Numbered from the stretch's first letter, positions 36,609 to 45,516 are shown. The stretch: DNA of 64,000 nt from an uncultured Actinomycetes bacterium (GCA_963766295.1 CAVXYW010000001.1:4364-68363), one strand, 5' to 3'. Numbers and translations are program-made. The notes: a model not told the origin generated them from the sequence alone.

Positions 36609-38003
36609 ATGAGCGGCGACCGTTTGAGTCCGCTTGATTCGTCTTTCCTTCATGTCGAGGACGACGTGAGCCACATGCACATAGCGTCTGTGGCCATCTT
36701 CGAAGGTCCGCAGCCGCCGTTCGCAGACGTCGTTTCGATGGTGCACGGAAAACTTCCTTTGGTACCGCGCTACAGACAGATCGTCTCCTTCGTGCCGTTC
36801 GATCTGGGGCGGCCGGTCTGGGTGGACGACCCGCACTTCAACATCGAGTACCACCTCCGACAAACGGCGCTGCCTCAACCGGGCGGTGAAGCAGAGCTTC
36901 GAAAGCTCGTTGGACGAGTCATGTCGCAGCAGCTCGATCGATCCAAACCTCTGTGGGAGATCTGGGTCGTCCAGGGTCTGGAGGACGGCCGTTGGGCGAT
37001 GATGTCGAAAACGCATCACTGCATGGTGGACGGTGTCTCTGGAACCGATCTTCTGGCGGTAACGCTCGATGTTTCGCCAGAGGGATCCGATCCGGTCCCC
37101 GACCACTGGCAGCCGCAAGCTCCGCCCAGTCGCGCAAGCCTGGCCGCTACGGCCATCTCCGAAAGGGCCCGCAGTCCTTACGAGCTGGTCCGAAGCCTTC
37201 GTAGCGCCACAAGATTGCCTCGCCAGACCTTCGGAGCGCTCACGGACATAGCCAAGGGATTGCGCGCCATGGCCGGGCTCATAACGCCGACCGAACCGTC
37301 GAGCCTGAACGGGCCCATCGGCCCTCATCGCCGGTGGGACTGGGCCTCGACGACCGTCGACGACATCAAACGGGTACGGAAGGCGACGGGCGCTACCTTC
37401 AACGATGTCGTTCTCGCGGCGGCAACCAGAGGGTTCCGCGACCTGCTCCTTTCGCGTGGAGAGTCGGTGGATCGGGCCGTCCGGACATTGGTTCCGGTAT
37501 CCGTGAGACCACGCGACACCTCCGGCCGTGCCGTCGGCGATGGCACGTTCGAGAACAAGGTGTCGGCGATGTTCGCAGAGCTTCCCGTCGGCATAGAAGA
37601 TCCGCTCGAGCGGCTGGGCAACATCTCGTTGCAGATGGCGGGACTGAAGGAGTCGAAGCAGGCCGTTGCCGGCGAAGCGCTCACCGCCTTGTCGGGCTTC
37701 GGTCCGCCGATGCTTCTCGCCCTCGGAACGAGGATCGCAACTCGCGTCCCTCAGCGGAACATCAACACCGTAACTACGAACGTGCCGGGCCCCCAGATGC
37801 CGTTGTATGCGGCCGGCCGGCGGATGCTCAAGGCCTATCCATACGTCCCGCTCGCCGGATCGGTGCGGGTCGGTGTCGCGATCTTCTCTTACGACGGCCA
37901 GGTCAACTTCGGCGTGACCGGCGATTACGACACGGCACCGGACATAGATGTCCTGTGCCGCGGAATCGAGGACGGAATGACGGAGCTTCTGAACGTCTCC
38001 TGA
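36609..38003 (+). CDS. wax ester synthase/diacylglycerol acyltransferase (WS/DGAT)
   Basis: LSPLDSSFLHVED is present, as is the catalytic HHCMVDGVSG (HHxxxDG) motif. The C-terminus reads NVPGPQMPLY. Confidence 0.9.
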   Translation: MSGDRLSPLDSSFLHVEDDVSHMHIASVAIFEGPQPPFADVVSMVHGKLPLVPRYRQIVSFVPFDLGRPVWVDDPHFNIEYHLRQTALPQPGGEAELRKLVGRVMSQQLDRSKPLWEIWVVQGLEDGRWAMMSKTHHCMVDGVSGTDLLAVTLDVSPEGSDPVPDHWQPQAPPSRASLAATAISERARSPYELVRSLRSATRLPRQTFGALTDIAKGLRAMAGLITPTEPSSLNGPIGPHRRWDWASTTVDDIKRVRKATGATFNDVVLAAATRGFRDLLLSRGESVDRAVRTLVPVSVRPRDTSGRAVGDGTFENKVSAMFAELPVGIEDPLERLGNISLQMAGLKESKQAVAGEALTALSGFGPPMLLALGTRIATRVPQRNINTVTTNVPGPQMPLYAAGRRMLKAYPYVPLAGSVRVGVAIFSYDGQVNFGVTGDYDTAPDIDVLCRGIEDGMTELLNVS

Positions 38004-38044
38004 GCGCCGTCACACAACTGCAATACGCAGGGACGTAATCCACA

Positions 38045-38329
38045 GGTTTTCCCTCTAGCGTTCCACAGCCAACCGGCTGTAAGTTTCGCGAGAACTCGAC
38101 GGAAGCACCTCGGATCCGGACCCGGAAACGGCAAAGGCGCAAGCCGGAGTCGCCAAGGGAAAGGCGATCAGATGGAACGCCCGTCGAGCCCGGTAGGACC
38201 TTCGGGACCTACCAGGCCGGTTAGCACGGAAGAAGGGGAAGGGACGCGAAGGAGGGCCGGACGAAGGAGCTTGCTCCCTAGTCTGCAATCCCTAGCGAAC
38301 CGGAAAACTTCGACCTAACTACCGACCAA
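38045..38329 (+). ncRNA. candidate structured non-coding RNA (family not recognised)
   Basis: No plausible ORF lies here. Stable tetraloop hairpins are ccg-GAAA-cgg (38122-38131), ggc-GCAA-gcc (38136-38145), ggtaggacc-UUCG-ggacctacc (38192-38213) and ggag-CUUG-ctcc (38266-38277). An 8-bp long-range helix pairs 38095-38102 with 38181-38188. A possible closing helix pairs 38045-38052 with 38302-38309. A terminator follows. Confidence 0.35.
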
Positions 38330-38367
38330 AGAGAAGGCCCCGGTGCAAACCGGGGTCTTTCTCTTTT
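38330..38367. terminator. bidirectional intrinsic terminator (serves purT and the plus-strand transcript)
   Basis: agagaaggccccgg-tgcaaa-ccggggtctttctct, followed by tttt on the plus strand and ccttctcttt on the minus strand. Confidence 0.65.
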
Positions 38368-38376
38368 GTGCGATTC

Positions 38377-39636
38377 CTAGATGACGCGCAGAGCAGCCGC
38401 GGCGGCCTTGGCGCGTTCTCGGGCGGTCTCGATGTCGGGTGCCGTGGCCAGAGCGACTCCCATGCGACGGTTGGGACGTGCATCAGGCTTGCCGAAGATC
38501 CGGACATCGACGCTCGGATGAACGGCCAGAGCGTCGGCCAGGCCTTCGACGATGGGCTTGGTGTCTTCCGCTTTCGCGAGGAGAACAGCGCTCGCACCGG
38601 GTGAATCGATCGGTATGTCCGGAGTCGGAACGGGCAGACCGAGGATCGCCCGGACATGAAGAGCGAATTCAGAGAGCGACTGCGTAGCCATCGTGACCAT
38701 TCCGGTGTCGTGGGGCCGAGGCGAGACTTCGCTGAACAGGACCTCCTCGCCTTGGACGAAGAGCTCCACACCGAAGATCCCGTAACCGCCCAGCGCATCG
38801 GTGATCCGGTTCGCGACTTCGCGTCCTCGAGCGAGAGCTTCGGGTGCCATCGGGTGCGGCTGCCAGCTCTCGCGGTAGTCGCCATCTATCTGTATGTGAC
38901 CGATCGGTGCACAAAAAGACGTGCCGCCGGAATGCCGCACCGTGAGTTGGGTGATCTCGTAATCAAAGGGAACGAAACCCTCGACGATCACGCGGGCGAC
39001 CTGAGTTCGTCCGGCTTGCTGGGCAAAGTTCCATGCGTCGGCCGCGCCATCCTTCTCCTTGACGACGCTCTGCCCCTTTCCGGACGAAGACATGACGGGC
39101 TTGACCACGCACGGCACACCTAGCTCCGCTACTGCCGATTCGACCTCCTCCAGCGAGTTGCAGAACCGGTACGGCGAGGTGGGAAGTCCGAGTTCCTCGG
39201 CTGCAAGCCGCCGGATGCCTTCTCGATCCATGGTCAGCCGCGCGGCTCGCGCCGTCGGGATCACGCGCAAGCCATCGGCTTCTAGTTTCACGAGCTCGTC
39301 GGTGGCGATGGCCTCGATCTCGGGAACGACAATCAGTTCGGCGCACGGCCGCGCCCTCTCTTCCTCTAGAACGGCGCGCAGCGCACCTGCATCGGTCATC
39401 GGACTGCAGACGTGGCTTCGATGCGCGACCTGCATAGCCGGCGCGTTCGCATACCGGTCGATAGCAACAACTTCACAACCCAGCCGCATCGCCTCGATGG
39501 CCACCTCGCGTCCGAGCTCGCCGCTGCCAAGCAGGACGATGCGAACGGCTTCGTCGGTGAGCGGAGGACCTATTCGCCTCTCCGGTGCGCTGCGGGGTGG
39601 TCGCACGCGCAAAGAGTAGGACGTCCTCGCGAGCAC
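38377..39636 (-). CDS. purT: formate-dependent phosphoribosylglycinamide formyltransferase (GAR transformylase 2)
   Basis: [41 protein letters not shown] and an ATP-grasp segment ([16 protein letters not shown]) are present. The exact start is uncertain. Confidence 0.85.
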   Translation of the reverse strand: MLARTSYSLRVRPPRSAPERRIGPPLTDEAVRIVLLGSGELGREVAIEAMRLGCEVVAIDRYANAPAMQVAHRSHVCSPMTDAGALRAVLEEERARPCAELIVVPEIEAIATDELVKLEADGLRVIPTARAARLTMDREGIRRLAAEELGLPTSPYRFCNSLEEVESAVAELGVPCVVKPVMSSSGKGQSVVKEKDGAADAWNFAQQAGRTQVARVIVEGFVPFDYEITQLTVRHSGGTSFCAPIGHIQIDGDYRESWQPHPMAPEALARGREVANRITDALGGYGIFGVELFVQGEEVLFSEVSPRPHDTGMVTMATQSLSEFALHVRAILGLPVPTPDIPIDSPGASAVLLAKAEDTKPIVEGLADALAVHPSVDVRIFGKPDARPNRRMGVALATAPDIETARERAKAAAAALRVI

Positions 39637-39659
39637 GTCGAGGTCGCGTGGAGCGAGGG

Positions 39660-39690
39660 TCTAGTCACTAGTGGGGGACGGACTAGTCCA
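39660..39690. promoter_or_regulatory. cluster of CTAGT-containing palindromes upstream of the TasA-like gene (candidate operator)
   Basis: The region reads tctagtCACTAGTGggggacGGACTAGTCCa. It holds an 8-bp palindrome (39666-39673) and a 10-bp palindrome (39680-39689) with centres 15 bp apart. CTAGT occurs three times in 27 bp. Confidence 0.35.
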
Positions 39691-39774
39691 CGCGGGTCGG
39701 GTCGCCACCCCTCTCATTTTCGATTCCTATGCGGAGGCGGCGCACCTGCTGCCGTCATGCACTAGGAGGATCAG

Positions 39775-40401
39775 ATGGACGGCACTCAGAAGAAAGAAAA
39801 GCGGCGTTTCGGCGCGGCTTTGGTGGTTCTCGTCCTTGCCGTATCGGCATTGGCGATCGGAATGACCGATGCACTCTTCACCGACACGCAGTCGGTCACC
39901 GGAAACACGTTTACGACGGGGACGGTGGATATATCAGCGACACCTTCGTCGGCCGTGCTGACGGCCTCGACGATGGCCCCCGGCGACCGTGTCGAGAACT
40001 CGCTGACCGTCGCCAACGATGGCAGCCTCGAGCTGCGTTACGCGATCCAGCGGTCGGCCACGAACGCCGATCTGAAGGCCCTGCGTGACTCCCTGGGGCT
40101 GAGGATTGCAGTTCGCGGTGGCGGCGCTTGCAACTTCCCGTATTACACAACCGCCGGCTCGCCTACGGGCATCGGCGATGACACCGAGATATACGCGGGG
40201 ACAGGGTTCCCTAACTCTCCTGCGAACACCGTCGGTGACGTCGCTCAAGGAAGCCAAACAGGCGATCGCACACTCGCCGCAGCGACGAACGAAGTGCTCT
40301 GCTTCTCCGTTGTTCTGCCGCTGTCGGCAGGCAACTCATTGCAGTCTGCATCTACCACTGCGACGTTCGACTTCGTCGCGGAGCAGACGGCTAACAACTA
40401 G
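39775..40401 (+). CDS. TasA/CalY (camelysin-like) family secreted subunit with SipW-dependent-class signal peptide
   Basis: A strong SD (AGGAGG) precedes the gene. The N-terminus is KKEKRRFGAALVVLVLAVSALAIGMTDALFTDTQSVTGNTFTTGTVDIS. The C-terminus ends TATFDFVAEQTANN. Confidence 0.7.
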   Translation: MDGTQKKEKRRFGAALVVLVLAVSALAIGMTDALFTDTQSVTGNTFTTGTVDISATPSSAVLTASTMAPGDRVENSLTVANDGSLELRYAIQRSATNADLKALRDSLGLRIAVRGGGACNFPYYTTAGSPTGIGDDTEIYAGTGFPNSPANTVGDVAQGSQTGDRTLAAATNEVLCFSVVLPLSAGNSLQSASTTATFDFVAEQTANN

Positions 40402-40421
40402 ACGATGACCGTACGGACGTG

Positions 40422-40463
40422 GTCCGAGCACGCATGTCTGCGTGCTCGGACCCTTCCCTTTCC
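40422..40463 (+). terminator. 12-bp perfect hairpin with C/T-rich tail between the TasA-like gene and sipW (terminator/attenuator)
   Basis: gtccgagcacgc-atgtct-gcgtgctcggac followed by ccttccctttcc. Confidence 0.5.
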
Positions 40464-40608
40464 AGTTAGCGTCCCCGTCGGCTTCGCTACTCGGCATGAA
40501 GGGCCGTCGCCGGCGACTAGCTTGCGAAGGATCGTTGCCGTCGCCCCGGCGACCCTCGACCAAAGAGTCGACGCATATGCCACCGTGCTCATTTCCCGAG
40601 AAACAAAC

Positions 40609-41574
40609 GTGTCAAGGGCCTCCGCGCTGAAGCGAGCAGTGAGAGTGCTGGCCATGGTCGTGGTGGTCTGCGGCTGCGTCCTTTTCGCGCTACCGCTCAT
40701 CGGGCTGCCCTTCGGGTACCGGACCTATGTCGTAGCCAGCGGAAGCATGTCGCCTCATGCGCAGGCCGGTGACGCCGTTCTCCTCAAGGAGGCGCCGCAT
40801 GAAGAGATCGCCGTGGGGGACGCGATCGCATTCCAACCACTGCGATCCAGTGGTTTGACGATGCACCGAGTGATCGACATCCGCACTGTCGATGGAAAAC
40901 TCCACTTCCGCACGAAGGGCGACGCGAACGCCACGCCCGACCCCAACCTCGCCCCGGCCGCGAACGTGCTGGGACGGGTGGATGCGCGTGTTCCCTCTCT
41001 CGGTCGCGCCCTGGTGTTCGCCACCGAGAGAACGGGCCGGATGCTCCTCGTCGTTGTGCCTGCCCTCGTCCTGATCGCACGAGAAATCTTCTGGCTGCTG
41101 CAGGGCCGGGTGAAGGCGTCCGAGCGCACGCTCAGAAAACCGCGGATGGCCCTGCGTCGGTCGTTAGTCGCCACCGCGATGGTGGCGGTCAGCGTCGTCG
41201 GTTTAACGGTGCCGGCCGCCGCGCGCTTCACCGAAGGCTCCACCGTTGGCACAAACACGCTCGGCACGGGCCAGGTGAATCCGCCCAACCTCACCAGCGC
41301 GGTCGCCGACCTCCTGTTGATCTGCAAGATCACTCTGACGTGGACGGCCCCCGTCACGGGCGTGGCTCCCGATGGGTACGACGTCTACCGCAGCACGACC
41401 AATGGCGGGCCTTATTCCTTTGTCAAACATGTCGGCAATGTGACCACCACGACCGATACGAGCTTGAATCCCAGCACCACCTACTACTACGTCTTGAAGG
41501 CGTCGAGGTCTTCCTGGAGAAGCGTCAACTCCAACCAGCGCTCAGCTGCGTCGGCTTTTCTGCTCTGCCTCTAG
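40609..41574 (+). CDS. sipW: SipW-type (ER/archaeal-type) signal peptidase I fused in frame to a second SipW-class signal peptide and an FN3-like domain
   Basis: GTG 40609 is the proposed start. The order is TM, VVASGSMSP, MHRV, TKGDANATPD, C-terminal TM and basic linker. Then come MALRRSLVATAMVAVSVVGLTVPAAARFTEGSTVGTNTLGTGQV and LTWTAPVTGVAPDGYDVYRSTTNGGPYSF...YYYVLKA. No stop lies between the parts. Confidence 0.65.
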   Translation: MSRASALKRAVRVLAMVVVVCGCVLFALPLIGLPFGYRTYVVASGSMSPHAQAGDAVLLKEAPHEEIAVGDAIAFQPLRSSGLTMHRVIDIRTVDGKLHFRTKGDANATPDPNLAPAANVLGRVDARVPSLGRALVFATERTGRMLLVVVPALVLIAREIFWLLQGRVKASERTLRKPRMALRRSLVATAMVAVSVVGLTVPAAARFTEGSTVGTNTLGTGQVNPPNLTSAVADLLLICKITLTWTAPVTGVAPDGYDVYRSTTNGGPYSFVKHVGNVTTTTDTSLNPSTTYYYVLKASRSSWRSVNSNQRSAASAFLLCL

Positions 41575-41876
41575 CGAGCAATTGTCACATCGATCCATAA
41601 AGGCAATAGAACGGACTTGCCTCTTATGCCCTCGTGAACGTGACCTCGGTGAGTGCTTGGTCCGCTCTACTCGATCGCGAGCACTTCGGCATCGAACTCT
41701 GCTCCGAGCTCCATGAACTGTGCGGGAACGACGAAGTCCGTAGCCGTGCTCGGCACCGTCGCCTCGAGCACTCGCTTGGGTCCTCTTCGGTGACAACGAG
41801 CTGGTAAGCGCCCCAAAGCCACCGGCTGCGTAGAATTCGCTAACCAACGACACCGGAGCCACAAAGGAGACCTGCA

Positions 41877-44036
41877 ATGCCCATAGCGATCCTCGACTCT
41901 CACCGCGAGCTGGAATCTGTAGCACGCTCGTTCCTCGAGAAGGCCGGCGCTCGCGCCGACTCTCGTGCGCTCCTCGACGCCACGGACGACGCCCTGCCGT
42001 CGTTCTGGAAGGAGATCGCCGGGCTAGGCTGGCTCGGCCTTCACATCTCCGAAGATTTCGGCGGCGCAGGTTACGGTCTCCCCGAGCTAGTCGTCGTCCT
42101 GCAGGAGATGGGACGCGCCGACGCACCCGGACCGTTCCTCCCGACGGTGATGGCGTCGACAACGATCGCGCGCACGGCAACGAAGGAGCAGCAAGCCGAG
42201 CTACTCCCATCTCTGGCCGACGGAAGCAAGATCGGTGCCCTCGGTTGGACGAACGCACTCGAGCTCAAGGCCGGCAAGCTCTCCGGCGATGGCGGTCTCA
42301 TCCTCGGCGGCAATCTCGCCGACTTGTTCGTCCTCACGGTAGGAGCTGATGTCGTCATCGTCGATCGCGACGCGGCCGGGCTCGAGGTCAACAGCACCGG
42401 CCAATTCGACCAAACGCGACGCAACGTGCGAATTACCGCCAAAGACGTTGCTGTGAGCGAAGACCGGCTAATCCCAGATGCTGCATCTGTAGCTATCGAC
42501 GTCGCACGCGCGCTCGCAGCGGCCGAAGCCGCCGGCATCGCGCAAGAGTGCGTCGAGCGGGCAACGGAGTACGCGAAGGTGCGTGAACAGTTCGGCCGCG
42601 TCATCGCGACGTTCCAGGCCGTCAAGCACCACTGTGCGAACATGCTCGTCAACTCAGAGCTCGCGACGGCAACGACATGGGATGCGGCGCGCGCATCCGA
42701 GAACGACCCCGAGCAATTCCGTCTAGCCGCCGCCGTCGCCGCCGTCGAGTCGATCCCGACCGCCCTCGTGAACGCACAGCTCAACATCCAGGTGCACGGC
42801 GGTATCGGTTTCACGTGGGAGCACGACGGCCACATGCTGCTCCGGCGCACGTCGTCACTCGTCGCCTTCGTCGATGCAGACGACGCGGCGCGCGACATCG
42901 TCGACATGCGTTCTTCAGGACTTTCGCGCGAGTTCGGCATCGATCTGCCTCCGGAAGCCGAAGAGCTCCGCACGAAGACGCGCAAAGTGGCCGAAGAGAT
43001 CACCGCTCTACCGACCGATCAGCAGCTGGCCAAGATGGTCGAGAACGGCTACATCCAGCCGCACTGGCCCAAACCGTGGGGACTCGAAGCGAAAGCACTC
43101 GAGCAGCTCGTCATCGACGAAGAGTTCAAGCGCGCGAAGATCCACCGTCCGAGCTACGGGATCACGGCGTGGAACATCCTGACCGTCATCCAGCACGGCA
43201 CACAGGATCAGGTCGAGCGCTGGGTGAAGCCGACGCTCATGGAGGAGCTCGTTTGGTGCCAGCTGTTCAGTGAACCCGACGCCGGTTCGGACGCTGCCGC
43301 CGTGAAAACGAAGGCGGAGAAGGTCGAAGGCGGCTTCGTCGTCAACGGTCAGAAGGTGTGGACGTCCGGCGCGCAGTACTGCCACAAGGGGCTCGCAACG
43401 GTACGCACCGACCCGGACGCTCAGAAGCACGCCGGCGTCACGACGGTGGTCATCGACATGCACGCCGAGGGCGTCGAGGTTCGTCCGCTGCGCGAAGCGT
43501 CGGGACACTCGATGTTCAACGAGGTTTTCTTCGAGAACGTGTTCGTTCCGGATGAGGACGTTGTCGGTCCGGTTAACGGTGGATGGACCGTCGCCCGCGC
43601 AACGCTGGGCAACGAGCGCATCAGCATCGGCGGCGGTGTCGGCGTCGGCATCGCGATCGACCTCGTTTCGATCTACAACGAGCACGCCAAGGACAAGGAT
43701 GGTATGAAGACGGCCGTCGGCAAGCACGTCGCCGAAGAGCAGACGCTCAAGCTGCTCAACCTGCGATCGGCCGAGCGCGCCGTCGCCGGCGGGGAGCCGG
43801 GCCCGGAAGGCAACGTCACCAAGCTCGTTAGCGCCGAGAACATGCAGCGGTCGTCCGACCTCGCCTTGAAGATGGCCGGACCGGAGACCGTGTCGATCGA
43901 GGGCATCGGCGGCCTGGTGTCGAACATCCACATCTTCAGCCGGGCCATGACGATCGCCGGAGGTACCTCGGAGATCACGCGCAACCAGATCGGCGAGCGG
44001 ATCCTCGGCCTGCCGCGTGATCCGCTGATCAAGTGA
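41877..44036 (+). CDS. tandem (two-module) acyl-CoA dehydrogenase
   Basis: The first module has GWLGLHISEDFGGAGYG, IATFQAVKHHCANM and IQVHGGIGFTWEHDGHMLLRR. The second has LFSEPDAGSDAAAVKTKAE, NGQKVWTSGAQY and a C-terminal GGTSEITRNQIGE. Confidence 0.85.
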   Translation: MPIAILDSHRELESVARSFLEKAGARADSRALLDATDDALPSFWKEIAGLGWLGLHISEDFGGAGYGLPELVVVLQEMGRADAPGPFLPTVMASTTIARTATKEQQAELLPSLADGSKIGALGWTNALELKAGKLSGDGGLILGGNLADLFVLTVGADVVIVDRDAAGLEVNSTGQFDQTRRNVRITAKDVAVSEDRLIPDAASVAIDVARALAAAEAAGIAQECVERATEYAKVREQFGRVIATFQAVKHHCANMLVNSELATATTWDAARASENDPEQFRLAAAVAAVESIPTALVNAQLNIQVHGGIGFTWEHDGHMLLRRTSSLVAFVDADDAARDIVDMRSSGLSREFGIDLPPEAEELRTKTRKVAEEITALPTDQQLAKMVENGYIQPHWPKPWGLEAKALEQLVIDEEFKRAKIHRPSYGITAWNILTVIQHGTQDQVERWVKPTLMEELVWCQLFSEPDAGSDAAAVKTKAEKVEGGFVVNGQKVWTSGAQYCHKGLATVRTDPDAQKHAGVTTVVIDMHAEGVEVRPLREASGHSMFNEVFFENVFVPDEDVVGPVNGGWTVARATLGNERISIGGGVGVGIAIDLVSIYNEHAKDKDGMKTAVGKHVAEEQTLKLLNLRSAERAVAGGEPGPEGNVTKLVSAENMQRSSDLALKMAGPETVSIEGIGGLVSNIHIFSRAMTIAGGTSEITRNQIGERILGLPRDPLIK

Positions 44037-44890
44037 CGGAGCTGCTTCCCCGGCGTGCCGATCTAGATCTGATCGACATCGCCTTCGACGAATCACGCGC
44101 GCGCGGATCGTTCCTTTTGCAGCCGCCGCTGTTGCGCCACGACGGAACGCTTTATGGCGGTACGGCGATAGCCGCGTCGATCATGGCCATGGAGGCGGCA
44201 ACGCAGAACGCCGTTCTCTGGAACACCACTCAGTTCGTCGCGCCGGCCCCCAATGGGAGCACCATCGGTCTGCTCACCGAGAAGCTCGCCGCCGGAAAAC
44301 GCATCTCGCAGGTGCGGGTGACTGCAACGGTTGAAGGGTCGATCGTCTTCACTTCGCTCGGATCGACGGGCGCTCCACGCGACGGAGGCTTAGAGGGGCA
44401 GTACGAAGCGATGCCCGAGGTCTCCGGGCCGGAGGAAGCGACGGACAGGGAGTACCCGCGACCGGAGTTTGCCTTCGACCACCCGGACGGTGACGTGACC
44501 TTCCGTCGCATGTGTGAATACCGCGATGCGGAAATCGTGAGCACCGATCGAGTCGGCCCGGGGACGATGATGCTGTGGTCGCGCTTCAACGAACGACGTC
44601 AGATGACGCCAGCCGCGATCGCCTTCCTCGCCGACATGGTTCCCGTTGCCGTCGCACGCGCGGCCGGTAAGCACGGCGCCGGTACGAGTCTCGACAACAG
44701 CCTGCGATTCGTCGACGTTCCCGATACGGAGTGGGTGTTGCTCGAGATGCAGGGCAACTTCGCCGGCGGAGGCTACGGGCACGGAATCATCCGGGTGTGG
44801 TCGCAGGACGGGAAGCTGCTGGCGACGGGCAGCCAGACGGCGAGCATGATCTACGTATTCGACGAAGGCGAACCGCCACCACACCGTTAG
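44033..44890 (+). CDS. acyl-CoA thioesterase II-like (double hot-dog) protein
   Basis: GTG 44033 overlaps the upstream stop (GTGA). The gene has TesB-like length and motifs (HDGTLYGGTAIAASIMA ... GHGIIRVWSQDGKLLATGSQ). Confidence 0.55.
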   Translation: MTELLPRRADLDLIDIAFDESRARGSFLLQPPLLRHDGTLYGGTAIAASIMAMEAATQNAVLWNTTQFVAPAPNGSTIGLLTEKLAAGKRISQVRVTATVEGSIVFTSLGSTGAPRDGGLEGQYEAMPEVSGPEEATDREYPRPEFAFDHPDGDVTFRRMCEYRDAEIVSTDRVGPGTMMLWSRFNERRQMTPAAIAFLADMVPVAVARAAGKHGAGTSLDNSLRFVDVPDTEWVLLEMQGNFAGGGYGHGIIRVWSQDGKLLATGSQTASMIYVFDEGEPPPHR

Positions 44891-44907
44891 ATCGACCGCC
44901 CACCGCC

Positions 44908-45516
44908 GTGACCGATAACCAGCGACTGCGTGCCAACTCGGAGCTCGCGCTCGAGGCGTTGATCGAAGGCAACCGCCGATATGCGTCGAATCAAACCGTC
45001 CACCCCGACCGCGGTGCGGAACGCCGGGCTGCTCTCATGAAGAAACAGGAACCGTTCGCGACCATCGTCGGTTGCGCGGATTCCCGAGTACCCGCGGAGA
45101 TCGTGTTCGATCTCGGGCTCGGTGACCTGTTCGTCGTTAGAACTGCGGGTCACGTTGTAGACGAAGCAGTGCTCGCAACGATCGCGTTTGGATCGCTAGA
45201 GCTCGGAATTCCGCTCGTATTCGTCCTAGGACACGAGGGTTGCGGGGCTGTGACGGCGACTCTGAACGCCAGCGAAGGTGCCGCAGTTTCGGCCCACGCG
45301 CAACCGCTTATCAAGGCGATCATGCCCGCCGTCGACAAGACGAAAGGCCTGGCCGGCAACTCCGTGAACAACGCTGTGCGCGCAAACATCGAGCTCACGC
45401 TCGACCGCTTGGAACGGTCTGCCTACCTGGCTCCCGCTCTCAGCGACGGAAAGGTCAAGATGGTCGGCGGTCTCTACGGCCTGGACACAGGCATCATCGA
45501 ACTCACGGTCCCTTAG
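44908..45516 (+). CDS. beta-class carbonic anhydrase
   Basis: The start is GTG 44908. GNRRYASNQ, VGCADSRVPAEIVFD, FVVRTAGH and VLGHEGCGAV are present. Confidence 0.85.
   Translation: MTDNQRLRANSELALEALIEGNRRYASNQTVHPDRGAERRAALMKKQEPFATIVGCADSRVPAEIVFDLGLGDLFVVRTAGHVVDEAVLATIAFGSLELGIPLVFVLGHEGCGAVTATLNASEGAAVSAHAQPLIKAIMPAVDKTKGLAGNSVNNAVRANIELTLDRLERSAYLAPALSDGKVKMVGGLYGLDTGIIELTVP

Noticed and set aside
43008-44096. 362-aa minus-strand ORF
   Set aside because: It lies antisense to the second module of the tandem acyl-CoA dehydrogenase, which has strong family motifs.
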